Shown: positions 1 through 11,294, numbered from the whole stretch's first letter. The stretch is DNA of 56,845 nucleotides, filler included, from Dugesia japonica (GCA_001938525.1; 5 parts of 5 records of this genome joined end to end with filler, not necessarily neighbours in it), one strand, 5' to 3'. A program made the numbers and translations. The notes: a model not told the origin generated them from the sequence alone.

Positions 1-345
1 AATTAAATACATTCAATAAAGATTCAAAGACACCAGTTTGAACATTAATTTTTAGATCATATTGTATGATCATCAATGCTTTACGCATGATTCTTTCCCA
101 ATAATCTTTAAAGTTTCTGCACAAAATTTTAAAATTATTAATATTTGTAACTAATTTACATTGAATATTATATTCTGAAGTATTACTGCGACTACCAAAC
201 TGACTTTGCTCCTGAATCATATTACAGAAATGATGGGAAGTATCTTCAGTGTATGTTGCATTACACGCATTACACTCATATTTATTAATTAGATTAGAAA
301 CAAATCCATAAGGAGTTTTAGACTAATTAATGAAAGCTTTTATAA
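1..345 (-). mobile_element. Penelope-like retroelement, decayed GIY-YIG endonuclease C-terminus
   Basis: Reverse translation KYECNACNATYTEDTSHHFCNMIQEQ...NNFKILC...ERIMRKALMIIQYDLKINVQ resembles the Penelope pattern YxCxxCxxxYIGETxRxLxxRxxEH...F.IL...EALxI...LN.Q. Bases 441-485 are an inverted copy of about 150-200. Confidence 0.7.
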
Positions 346-486
346 TTTTAAAAGACCTTCAAGATTNNNNNNNNNNNNNNNNNNNNNNNNNNNNNNNNNN
401 NNNNNNNNNNNNNNNNNNNNNNNNNNNNNNNNATAACATAAGTAGTCGCAGTATTGCAAAACATAATATTCAATGCAAATTGTTGA

Positions 487-1085
487 GGTAATTGACTCTA
501 ATTTATAGCAAAATCTGAAGCAAGAACAAATTTAAAGAAAGAATAATTATCCCTGAAATCTTGAAGTGGTATTCCACAGTTCAAATTCTTATTCAAATAT
601 CCGATATTTCGTACTATAGATTGCATATATATTGTGGCATAATTATCGTTTGTAAAATCTTGAGTATATATTTCTTGATAATCAGTGTTTTTTGTCAAGG
701 AAATAGAAATAGCATCTAGATTTTGACATGTTAAACTAAAGCTTTTATTACTGCCATTATATTGTTCTCCACTTTGAAATAATACCAGAATAAAGCTAGG
801 TTATCAACGATCACCAAATATTGGTTCCTTATAAAAACAGTGAACTATCTTTAGTAATTGCAAATGCAACGACTTCCTTGGTTCTTATTGGATAAATAGC
901 ATTTTGAATTTTTAGTCCCAATTGATGAGTAGCTAGTACTAAGGGTTCAACACGTACAGGTCTAACTATTAATTTTGAATCAAGTAATATATATATTTAG
1001 GTTCATTGGCTATATATTCCAAACGAATCTTGGAAGATATTCTTTTCAATCGAATATGAACATTGACACCTGGAAAAAGCAACTA
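487..1085 (-). pseudogene. Polinton/Maverick major capsid protein (double jelly-roll), C-terminal two-thirds, frameshifted
   Basis: LLFPGVNVHIRLKR...LLDSKLIVRPVRVEPLVLATHQLGLKIQNAIYPIRTKEVVAFAITKDSS...PSFILVLFQSGEQYNGS...DFTNDNYATIY...GIPLQDFRDNYSFFKFVLASD follows the Polinton capsid motif order (GVDVRIKL, LYVRKVKV, AKYPI, PKRIVIG, FNGS, PDF, GISxEDY.NGY.LF.FDL.PD). Includes ORF 498-698. Confidence 0.8.
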
Positions 1086-1489
1086 ATTTAAAATTATTAT
1101 CGTAAAGTGGAATTGCTATTATTGAGTAATTCTTAAAGTATATTATTGACTAATTTTTATGATTGCGATTAACAATTATTATCTAAACTTGGAATTTGTA
1201 TTATAGAATGTAATTTGAAGCTATATCTTGGCTGATTGCTAGTATTGCAAAACTATAATTAACATTGTTGGAACATTATTTGTGATCGTTAGTTGAATTT
1301 ATTGTTAAATTGTAGATTGCAATTTTGTTGAATTTAATATTATTATTATTTATTATAACTATTTACTTCTAATTTATTAATATTATTCATTGCTAATTTA
1401 AATCAACTGATTGTAATTAACATTTCCTTCTTATTATTCTGCGCCATTATCATATATGTTAAGTTACTATTTGGTAATTACCTACAACA

Positions 1490-2190
1490 TGTAAGAGAAA
1501 CCTTTAGCAACTAACATGGTGGCAGCGGTCAATACTGATACCATTACAGAAGAAATAATGCCGAAGATGTTTGCTTGAGGCGACGATTTAGAGACGTTCA
1601 TCAAGCGTTGTGAGTTATACTTTGCTGTAAAAGGTATAATACAAATAAAAGACCAGGAAAAATTAGTCGCGTGTTTAGTGGAAGAAAATTTGATAGAGTA
1701 CGCGCATACAGCAAAGAAGGCGGAAAGTTTTCAAGCACGGCTTCGACTGACCTTTAAAACAGAAAGGGATGTAATTAAAGATTTCAAGACTCTGATAAAA
1801 TACAAATGTGAAAATGAAAATCTATACATATAGTTTAAGAAGGTAAAATCATTAGTAAATACATGTTATCTAACAAGAAATTGACAGAAGAAAATATTCT
1901 AGCACAAATGTTAATCTTCCAATCAGGAAATAAAGGAGTTGAAGAGAAAATAACTTTACTCAAGATTAACAACATCAAGGATGTAAAAGAAACATTAACA
2001 TTATTTTACAAGATATAGAAAAGAGAGAGTTCAAATAATATTATGAGTTTCTTGAAAGTGCCGAAGAAAAATAGAATAAGAAACAGAAACGTGGAGGAGA
2101 ATCAGTCAACTAATAAAATATATAAAACAGAATACAGAAGAAACAGGAATCAGTGGGAGATTTGGCAAGATAATCGACAAAATGTATCCA
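1490..2190 (+). mobile_element. Gypsy-like LTR retrotransposon 5' fragment (LTR end, tRNA-Leu primer binding site, decayed gag) inserted into the Polinton
   Basis: ...AACA at 1516 is followed by TGGTGGCAGCGGT (1517-1529), complementary to the 3' end of animal tRNA-Leu. From ATG 1558: MPKMFA*GDDLETFIKRCELYFAVKGI...KLVACL, a typical gag N-terminus. Confidence 0.7.
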
Positions 2191-2224
2191 TATCATTTTA
2201 CTTAGTATTATTTATTCTTTCTGC

Positions 2225-2581
2225 TTCCTTTTGATTTAACTAAAAAAGCTCATGCAAATCTGTTGAATACAACAATCCACGTCAAAATATACTTGTAACC
2301 TTTATTGATTCTTAAATATCTAATCATTCTCCATAAATTAGCAATATCATATGTTTTATATGTTCTTGTTGGAATTCCTTTCATCATTTGCTTTTTCAAA
2401 CTGAACAGTAGTTAACTCCATAATCATTTTTCATCTTTTAATTTGATTTTTGAGTTGCTTTAATTGACTTTTCTACGACTCAAAACCCTGCCGGGTTTTT
2501 AGGATCCACCATATTGTCTTCATTACAACAATTCGATGCAAATTTCAGGTCAAAATTAGGTAATGGTTGTAATCCACCCAT
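2225..2581 (-). pseudogene. Polinton rve-family integrase, N-terminal fragment
   Basis: DPKNPAGF*VVEKSIKAT...PTRTYKTYDIANLW...INKGYKYILTWIVVFNRFA*AFLVKSK matches the Polinton integrase pattern YYDPKNPAGF...FPRRxxxVxGIDDLWQ.D...NKGYKYILTCIDVFSKFAWA.PLKSK. Truncated and frameshifted. Confidence 0.8.
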
Positions 2582-2644
2582 TCTTTATTTGAGTTAAGTC
2601 TAATTCAATTGAAAGTAATGCTATTATAAAGTCGACTATTCTTT

Positions 2645-3043
2645 ATTTGAAATGATTTAAACCTAATGCAGCAAATGCGTTTGGTAGTAATGCTGCTATA
2701 AATCTCAACTAAATTATCTAAAACATATTTTTCTAAAAGGTTTTTAACGATGTAATTAATGCGCTTTAATTAAGAATAGTTCTTTGCAATTTAATATTTA
2801 TTAAAATAATAAATAACACGTATTTGTTTATATTGATATCTATTCATCATTCTGACTTTCTTTTTGCAAGTTTTTTAATCATATTAAATTATTTCTTTTT
2901 ATTTACTCGTTGCTACTTATTTACATGATATTCTGCGATTATTTTCTCTTTTTTAGATATTATTTTATACAAAAAAGATATTTCTGACGTTTAACTACAT
3001 CATCAGTTACTTGATCAATTATAAATGTCTTTAATTTGGTCAT
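2645..3043 (-). pseudogene. Possible Polinton small basic/core protein remnant between ATPase and integrase
   Basis: Lys/Arg-rich broken frames end in ...FIAALLPNAFAALGL, resembling the QxGGF(L/I)xALLP tail of Polinton small proteins. Heavily decayed. Confidence 0.35.
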
Positions 3044-3056
3044 TTTAATGATCATT

Positions 3057-3630
3057 TTAAATATCATTTTGTTTATACACTGTGATACCATTTGAATTGA
3101 ATATATCTGTTCTCACTCTATAGTCATCAGAATATTGTTGTGTGAAATCTAGAAATATATATCCATGTGATTTCTCTGTTGCATCTTGTAAAGATTCAAT
3201 CAGAAATTGTCTGTTTGGATATAAATATTGTACGTTTAAATTGCGGGTTCTATGACTACCTCCTTGATGAAAAAGATTTTGAGTAATAAATATCACAGTA
3301 ACATCACGATGTCTCGATATCTTTGTGAATAAATTATTGAAATCACTTTCTTTATTTGCCTCCTGATACAGATGATCAACAACAATAACATCACAAGGTC
3401 TCAATTTTTTGCTCCACTTTTTATCAAAACCATTTATTATTTTACATTTAATATTAAAAAATTCAGATTAAGTTATTCCATTGTCTTCATCTACGCCCCA
3501 TTGCCAGAATATGTTTTTAAATTTCGATTTGAATAAATTTGATTTCAGTAATTTTCCTACAAACAAAGTTTTACCAGTACCCATAGGCTCAACAATTTAA
3601 TAGACTGCAATATTTCTTAATTTCTCTATC
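3057..3630 (-). pseudogene. Polinton/Maverick A32-like DNA packaging ATPase
   Basis: Walker A IVEPMGTGKTLFVGKLL, Walker B VIVVDHL, then LFTKISRHRDVTVIFITQNLF...RTRNLN...DATEKSHGYIFLD...YRVRTDIF. Has a frameshift and lacks the usual VLFKNPRD segment. Confidence 0.88.
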
Positions 3631-3714
3631 TTATTTTTAAAGCTTATTAATAATTCAGTATATGGTTTATATTTGTTTAACCGGATCAATTAAATTAATT
3701 CCATCAAAACCCCA

Positions 3715-4191
3715 ATGTTCCCCATTAATTCATAAATTGTGAAAACTAATAATAATTACAGAGTTAAAGGGTCACAAAAACTAACTAAGAAAATGATCTT
3801 TCTTATAGGTAAACCATGCCAATTCAAAGTCAAAAGTGACAAGTTTACAATTATATTCTTCAGATCTGAAAAATGTAGAATAATGGGTTGTAAGAAACCA
3901 TTGGAACCACATGATTTGAACCCCTACAATATCAAAAATTTACAAATACAATGATAAACAATTTTTATAAATATAGGAGTTTCAATTAATTTGTAGAATT
4001 TAGCAAGAATAGTCAACTGTTGGTTTGAGACATAGTTATTTCCTGCTTTAAGATTGGTTAAATATGACCCTTTATATGTAAATGTGTTCTCAACAGGAAA
4101 ACTGGTAAAAATTGGACTTAAACATTTATACTTTCAAGGATATATAAATAACATTACTTCACATTTATTAAATCTGATTGAAAGAAATTAG
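3715..4191 (+). pseudogene. TBP-fold (TATA-binding-protein-like) gene of the Polinton-like element, copy 1
   Basis: Single frame with 5 internal stops. KFTIIFFRSEKCRIMGCK resembles TBP TTALIFSSGKMVCTGAK; CWFET*LFPALRL resembles YEPELFPGLIY; VNVFSTGKLVKIGLK resembles LIFVSGKVVLTGAK. Confidence 0.8.
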
Positions 4192-5976
4192 GAAATTAAA
4201 ATACAGATGCAACACAGGCACAACTGAAGTTTCAAATTATATCAATTAAAATTTAGATATTTAATTTTCAAATCCGTAAAATATAATATGTTGAAGTTTT
4301 TTATTATCATATATATATATATATATAAATTATTTCTGTTAAAATTATAATACTAAATAATTGTTATTTGAAAAACTAATTTCATATTCTAGCTACAGAA
4401 TGGATTATATAAATGGATAATACCGACTGTTATGCTTTTTATCATTTAAATATTAATGAAATATCATATTTCCTCATGATAATTTCTTTAATTGACTATT
4501 ATGTTCATAAATATTTGCATTAAAATATGTTTTCTTGAATTTCTGGAAAGAGAGAATTTTTTTAGTCAGTATTTTTTTAAGGAGCTAAATGAGCCGGTTA
4601 TTAAAATTATACTCTTATTATTATTAATAACTTTTCTTGTGTTATTCAATCCATAGAATTTTAAAAATAAAGCATAAACCTTTAAAATTTTGTNNNNNNN
4701 NNNNNNNNNNNNNNNNNNNNNNNNNNATTATAAAATTTCTTTGCTTTTATTATTCCTTTGATAAGTTTTACAAATATACTTGCCTGTAAAATGATCCTGA
4801 TCTCGAACTGGACTAATTAAAGGTTTCTTTTAAACAAATGACATATTCTCATTTATTGTCATTGTTTATAACTTTAAAAATGAATATTTTCTATTAATTG
4901 TTTGGTTTTGAAATCTAGCCATGTCTAGATAGTCTGCTGATGTCTGATACCTTGGTAATCNNNNNNNNNNNNNNNNNNNNNNNNNNNNNNNNNNNNNNNN
5001 NNNNNNNNNNNNNNNNNNNNNNNNNNNNNNNNNNNNNNNNNNNNNNNNNNNNNNNNNNNNNNNNNNNNNNNNNNNNNNNNNNNNNNNNNNNNNNNNNNNN
5101 NNNNNNNNNNNNNNNNNNNNNNNNNNNNNNNNNNNNNNNNNNNNNNNNNNNNNNNNNNNNNNNNNNNNNNNNNNNNNNNNNNNNNNNNNNNNNNNNNNNN
5201 NNNNNNNNNNNNNNNNNNNNNNNNNNNNNNNNNNNNNNNNNNNNNNNNNNNNNNNNNNNNNNNNNNNNNNNNNNNNNNNNNNNNNNNNNNNNNNNNNNNN
5301 NNNNNNNNNNNNNNNNNNNNNNNNNNNNNNNNNNNNNNNNNNNNNNNNNNNNNNNNNNNNNNNNNNNNNNNNNNNNNNNNNNNNNNNNNNNNNNNNNNNN
5401 NNNNNNNNNNNNNNNNNNNNNNNNNNNNNNNNNNNNNNNNNNNNNNNNNNNNNNNNNNNNNNNNNNNNNNNNNNNNNNNNNNNNNNNNNNNNNNNNNNNN
5501 NNNNNNNNNNNNNNNNNNNNNNNNNNNNNNNNNNNNNNNNNNNNNNNNNNNNNNNNNNNNNNNNNNNNNNNNNNNNNNNNNNNNNNNNNNNNNNNNNNNN
5601 NNNNNNNNNNNNNNNNNNNNNNNNNNNNNNNNNNNNNNNNNNNNNNNNNNNNNNNNNNNNNNNNNNNNNNNNNNNNNNNNNNNNNNNNNNNNNNNNNNNN
5701 NNNNNNNNNNNNNNNNNNNNNNNNNNNNNNNNNNNNNNNNNNNNNNNNNNNNNNNNNNNNNNNNNNNNNNNNNNNNNNNNNNNNNNNNNNNNNNNNNNNN
5801 NNNNNNNNNNNNNNNNNNNNNNNNNNNNNNNNNNNNNNNNNNNNNNNAATGGACTTTTAATTTTAATTTACTGTTCCTTCAACAGAAATATTAAAAATAC
5901 AAAAATTATTTAACTATATTTATAATAAAAAATTTTATTAGTAAACAAAAAAACCGAATTTCAATTTACTGTTTTT

Positions 5977-6243
5977 GTATTTCAGCCGTTGCCAAGATTA
6001 ATTTTGATTTTGATCATTTGTATTCCAGCTGTTGCCAAAATTAATTTTGATTTTGATAATTTGTATTCCAGCTGTTGACAAAATTAATTTTGATTTTGAA
6101 AATCTGTATTTCGGCCGTTGCCAAAATTAATTTTGATTATTTATATTCCAGCTGTTGCCAAGATTAATTTTGATTTTGATAATTTGTATTTCGACCTCTG
6201 CCAAGATTAAGTTTAATAATTTGTATTCTAGCTGTTGCCAAGG
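5977..6243. repeat. Tandem minisatellite, about 43-bp unit, about 7 copies
   Basis: Unit GTATTCCAGCTGTTGCCAA(A/G)ATTAATTTTGATTTTGATAATTT repeated head-to-tail with substitutions and short deletions. Confidence 0.9.
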
Positions 6244-6897
6244 TTATGATTTAATTTAATTTTAAATTTTCAATTTAATTTTTGTCAATTTTCTTTATTG
6301 ATTGGAATTTTTATATTTAATATTTTTTATACATGTATGTATGTATATACACACATGTATATACATACATCTTCTTTTTAAATAAACAATTACAAACAAT
6401 CACATCACAGTAGTCGTAATGTGCTGATTTATACGCAAGATTTTTAAATTCTTTGTAATCAATCTCAAAATAAATATTTCTGGTAGATTTGTGAAAAATA
6501 CTGAAATAAGAAAACTTTCGAAATTCAATTAAAAAAAAAAAATTCAAACTAAAGAATTTTTAAAATTACCTAACATACACAATTGGAATATTAACAAAAT
6601 CTATAAAATGTAAAATAGTAAAACGATAAAAAACTAGAAATAAAGACATTATTGATAAAAAAAGATTTATTTTTTATAATTTTCATAATTTATTGATCAC
6701 ATTTGAGCTCGTCTATATTAACACACTTAAATGAAATGCATTTAATGATTGTAATAATAACAAATCAAATAATTTACTTGGATTGACTGATTTGTGGTAA
6801 ATACTACATTTTATTGTTTTGATTGTCATGAATCGTCAATATTTCAAGTAGTATATAAGCCAAGTCAACTTATTTAACTACTTTANGTGGTTCCTTT

Positions 6898-8045
6898 TGT
6901 TGGGGGAAAACCAACCAAATAGCAAACAACACACATGCACTCATACACATATATAATACACAAATATATAATACAATCAATATCCAATATTCGAGCCAAC
7001 CTAATTCGATTCAACCTACAATCCAAGAATCAATATTCGAACAACTCAATCAAAAATTTGGACTAATAATATCACCATTCAGAGAGACGTAATTTCAATC
7101 AGCCAAATTCAGAATGACCTCTACACATCAAAAATCACTAATCACCCAAAAAGAGATAAAGACAATATGGAACTCCATCTCAATAATGAATTAATGAGGT
7201 TTAATAACAGAATCAAAATTCAAGACCGTTTTGAATTAGTCAAGTAATTCCGAAACAATAAAAACGCCTCACAATTCAATTTACTTCACCATCGAAACAT
7301 ATTGTCACCCCGATTATACTATCAAACTGGTTGCTACTACAGCCTTCTGATTGATATTGAACAGCAAAAAGAAATACTTTGATTGCCAATATTTAAATTA
7401 CCTTATAAACTCGTGGTTGAAGTGAAATCCATAAAAACGGAAATAGTTGAATCTTGCCATGCAGTTCTGTATACAGGACAGAAAATTACTACCATCACTG
7501 TTAACATTATCAGCTCTAAAATACTTGGAGATTTACCCCAATATGTGCCTTTGTTCAAGCATTATGACGAAACCCTAAAAAATGAGAAGAGAAATCAACA
7601 AGAATTAAAATAGATAGCCGACCATTGCAAAAGATCGAAGAATAAAGAACCAAAATTTTTTAACTTGACCAGACATCGACAGCCCTTAGAAATATTCTCA
7701 AGACTTACATCCCCATATCCCACCTTACCGAATATCGAGGAGGAATTTAACCTTTGTATATTTAATGAACCCTGTAGTAATCAAATACCCTACACTACAT
7801 GATATGGGATGTCCATTTTTTACCCTATTTCTTACTCAAGATGCAGGTGCATCTTCTTTCGAAGGGGGAACATTTGTTGGGGAAAAACCAACCATATAAC
7901 CAACAATACACATGCATTTATATACACATATAATACAGAAACATATAATACAATCAATATCCAATATTCGAGCCAACCTAATTCGAGTCAACCTACAATC
8001 CAAGAATCAATATTCGAACAACTCAATAAAAAATTCGGACTAATA
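6898..8045 (+). mobile_element. Small LTR-like/TRIM element: 171-bp direct repeats flanking about 800 bp
   Basis: 6898-7068 and 7875-8045 are near-identical and start TGTTGGGG. A purine tract GAAGGGGGAA (7861-7870) precedes the second copy. Confidence 0.6.
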
Positions 8046-8139
8046 TTTTGTTCAAACTATCGATTATCTTGACAATCATTTGAATATTATTTTGACAATC
8101 ATTTAAATGTTATCCTGACAATCATTATTTTAAATAATC

Positions 8140-8295
8140 ATTATTTTTATTTTTAAATTTTGTTGTAAATCTTTATTTTTATTTTTAAACATTATAACTG
8201 TGTAAATTTTTATTTTTATTTTTAAACATTATAACTGTGTAAATTTTTATTTTTATTTTTAAACATTATGACTGATTTAAACGTTATAACTGATT
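8140..8295. repeat. AT-rich tandem repeat (TTTTTATTTTTAAACATTATAACTGTGTAAA-like unit, 3-4 copies)
   Basis: Directly visible repeated unit. A shorter TGACAATCATT repeat lies at 8070-8130. Confidence 0.75.
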
Positions 8296-9588
8296 TCGGT
8301 TATTAATGAATAAACATTGAAATGTGAATTTCATTATATGAAAGAAAATTGTAGTAATAAGTAAATTTTATTTTATTTATATGTAAATTTTAACATGTAT
8401 TTGCACAATTATAATTATTAATATAAACTTTATTTATATTATTTAAGGTTATATGTAATTATATGGTTTCCGTCTCTATCTAGAAATTAATATAAATAGC
8501 GGTTGAAATTTAGTTGAGACACCAATTTAAAAACCGTTCAATCGTTTAAATCTTCTTCAGATTTGCAAAGAAGGTTTAAAATATAAAACTTTAACTACTT
8601 TGTAAAATTGTTATCATTTATAATAAAGTCTACATATATAAGTGAATTTTTATTATTTTATAAGGACTACTATATAGCCTATATATTCGTTATCATTATA
8701 TTTATAGTAGCTATATTAAGGTTTATAAGTTCAATTTTTTAACATTAATATACTGGGATTATTTAATCTTAAATTTACTAAACTCACGCATTGTTTACTT
8801 ATCTTGGCCAAATCCCCCAAGGTATCTCAACACTTTGAAACTGATTAAGTAATATTTACATACTATATATAATTTTATCAATATTCTTTGTCAATGAGTT
8901 GTAGTAATAAGTCAAATTTTACTTTAATAATTTGATTCGTGAAGTCCTATGACTTTCTCAACAATTTCCAAATAACTAGAGTGAGAAATGATATAACTGT
9001 GTATAAAGAACTTTCGAAACTAAATTAAAAAAATGAAGATTCAAAATTATTATTTGAAAAAAAATTAAAAAAGAATTATTTTCAATTTAATATATAAAAT
9101 TATTATATCACAAGAATAGAAAAAATGCATATTTTATTCATAAATTATAGATTTTGTTTCATTTTATTCATATACATTTTTGTTAATAATATGTGAAAGT
9201 TTTCATGTTTTTCTTTTAATAGAAACACAGAGTTTTATATTTTAATTAAATACTCCGAATCTAACGAGGATAATAGGTTTCACAGAAAGGTTCTTTATTG
9301 ATTACTTCTTTACTTCATTTTAGAAAACTTCTGATTTTGACCAATAATATATTGATAATTATTAGTAATATAATTATGGCTATATTTAAAATTCCAATTA
9401 ACGTTTCAATAATAATGATAATAATAATATTATTAATAATTGTTAGATGAGTTTGAAGTACTCATCGAAGTATTTAATTCACAACTTAAAAATTTATTCG
9501 CAAAACAAAAACTATAACCATCATTACGTACTTGGAAATCTAGATCTTGTAATTAATTAACAATTTAAAATTAAATACTCATTTTATC

Positions 9589-9704
9589 TTTCATTAAAAT
9601 AAAGTAATAGCTTCGATCAAATTGATAAGACAATAATCGAAAAGTCAAATATATATAAAACAACAATTTAATTTGATCGAAGCTATTACTTTATTTTAAT
9701 GAAA
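9589..9704. mobile_element. Palindromic MITE-like element with perfect 35-bp inverted arms
   Basis: 9589-9623 is the exact reverse complement of 9670-9704. Related copies lie near 20829-20900 and 25220-25290. Confidence 0.7.
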
Positions 9705-10683
9705 TCTAAAATTCGATCAAAGGTTAAGTCCAACAATTATTATCACAATAATTGTAATTATAAAACTGATTTTATCATTTAACATTTTCAATTTATTAGT
9801 CATTTAAAAAAAATCCAAAATGAATTATGCTTATAAATATTTAAACTAATTCTTAATTTTTGCCTAAAAATTTAATATTTCTTATTTACATTTTTAATAA
9901 TTTAATTTATTACAAATTTCAAATTTTTTTAATTACAAAAAACTATTTTAAAAATAAATCTATAAATAACAACTCTAAATATTGAGTGGCTGTGTTATTT
10001 TCAATTCTTCCTTCGTATTTGGNNNNNNNNNNNNNNNNNNNNNNNNNNNNNNNNNNCTCCGAGCAACTGTTGTACTTTGCTCCACAAATGTTTCGCGTTA
10101 TATTTATGCTTTATTTACGCAGCTAACTTTACGAGTCTTACATGACACAATAGTGTATCATCAGTATAACATCTTCTATTTTATCATCAGGTATACATGT
10201 TCCTTCCTCTTATTCTCTATAATTGTTTTGCTTCTCTTGAATATCAACTATATTTAACATCTTTGATTTTAATTTTTCACTCTTGAGATCTTTATGTGAC
10301 ATTATACATTGTGCACATGTATCACATTTACTTCTCGACAACATAAACACATCTGTATGAAGCGTTTCATTTCTATACTTCAATTTTTTTNNNNNNNNNN
10401 NNNNNNNNNNNNNNNNNNNNNNNNNNNNNNNNNNNNNNNNNNNNNNNNNNNNNNNNNNNNNNNNNNNNNNNNNNNNNNNNNNNNNNNNNNNNNNNNNNNN
10501 NNNNNNNNNNNNNNNNNNNNNNNNNNNNNNNNNNNNNNNNNNNNNNNNNNNNNNNNNNNNNNNNNNNNNNNNNNNNNNNNNNNNNNNNNNNNNNNNNNNN
10601 NNNNNNNNNNNNNNNNNNNNNNNNNNNNNNNNNNNNNNNNNNNNNNNNNNNNNNNNNNNNNNNNNNNNNNNNNNNNNNNNNNN

Positions 10684-11133
10684 CTTACGAAGATTCATTG
10701 AAATATATTAAATTGTTGAATGATGTTCGGTGTGAAAGAAAGGAAGTTATTAATAGTTTTAATATGATTAATGATTACAATAATGATAAAAAAATTCATA
10801 GACATTTCAAAATTGGTAATAATGTGCTGGTAAAAATTGACATAAGAGATAAACAGGATAATAGAAATGGAGGAACTTATAAAAATATAAATGAAATACA
10901 CAATAATAGCTTTAAATTGAGAAATTCTGAGGTAAAAGAGATAGTTCAAAATATACGAAGGCTAAAACCATTTAAAACGAGGGAATGTGAGATGATTACA
11001 CAATCATCTCTTAGTACTCTTATAAAATAAATTATNTTTGATTGTATGTGTGTATATCAGGTATGTTGATTTATTTGTTTTAGTCCCGTATTATTATTTC
11101 ATAGATTTCCTAAGACTGCCGGATTCTAAAACA
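10684..11133 (+). mobile_element. Gypsy-like 3' end: integrase C-terminal GPY/F module, polypurine tract and 3' LTR
   Basis: RHFKIGNNVLVK...GGTYK...NSFKL...NIRRLKPF, then tract GAGGGAA, then TG at 10986 with a candidate ...AACA end at 11133. Confidence 0.65.
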
Positions 11134-11194
11134 TTATATATAGAAGCCGATGATGTCATATTGTCATAAAAATATATTTTAGAAACTCTATTTG

Positions 11195-11294
11195 NNNNNN
11201 NNNNNNNNNNNNNNNNNNNNNNNNNNNNNNNNNNNNNNTTAATTAATTAANNNNNNNNNNNNNNNNNNNNNNNNNNNNNNNNNNNNNNNNNNNN
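11195..11294. other. Artificial scaffold-joining spacer
   Basis: N44 + TTAATTAATTAA (stops in all six frames) + N44. Confidence 0.95.

Noticed and set aside
3715-4191. Host TBP/TRF2 gene
   Set aside because: Far too divergent from the highly conserved animal TBP family, intronless, shortened first repeat, multicopy and adjacent to viral genes.
487-4191. Alternative genetic code explaining in-frame stops
   Set aside because: All three stop types occur along with frameshifts and deletions, and CK1 reads normally with a TAG stop. Ordinary decay explains it, apart from the one shared TAA reported.
4940-5860. Long ORFs running through N gaps (also 10210-10701, 40690-41047, 43867-44208)
   Set aside because: Open only because Ns contain no stops.
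5977-6243. CRISPR-like array
   Set aside because: Units are contiguous with no unique spacers, there are no cas genes, and the context is eukaryotic.
6877-6882. ACTACT as the right terminus of the scaffold-1 Polinton
   Set aside because: Matches the common Maverick end, but six bases in AT-rich DNA with no partner TIR or target duplication is not enough evidence.
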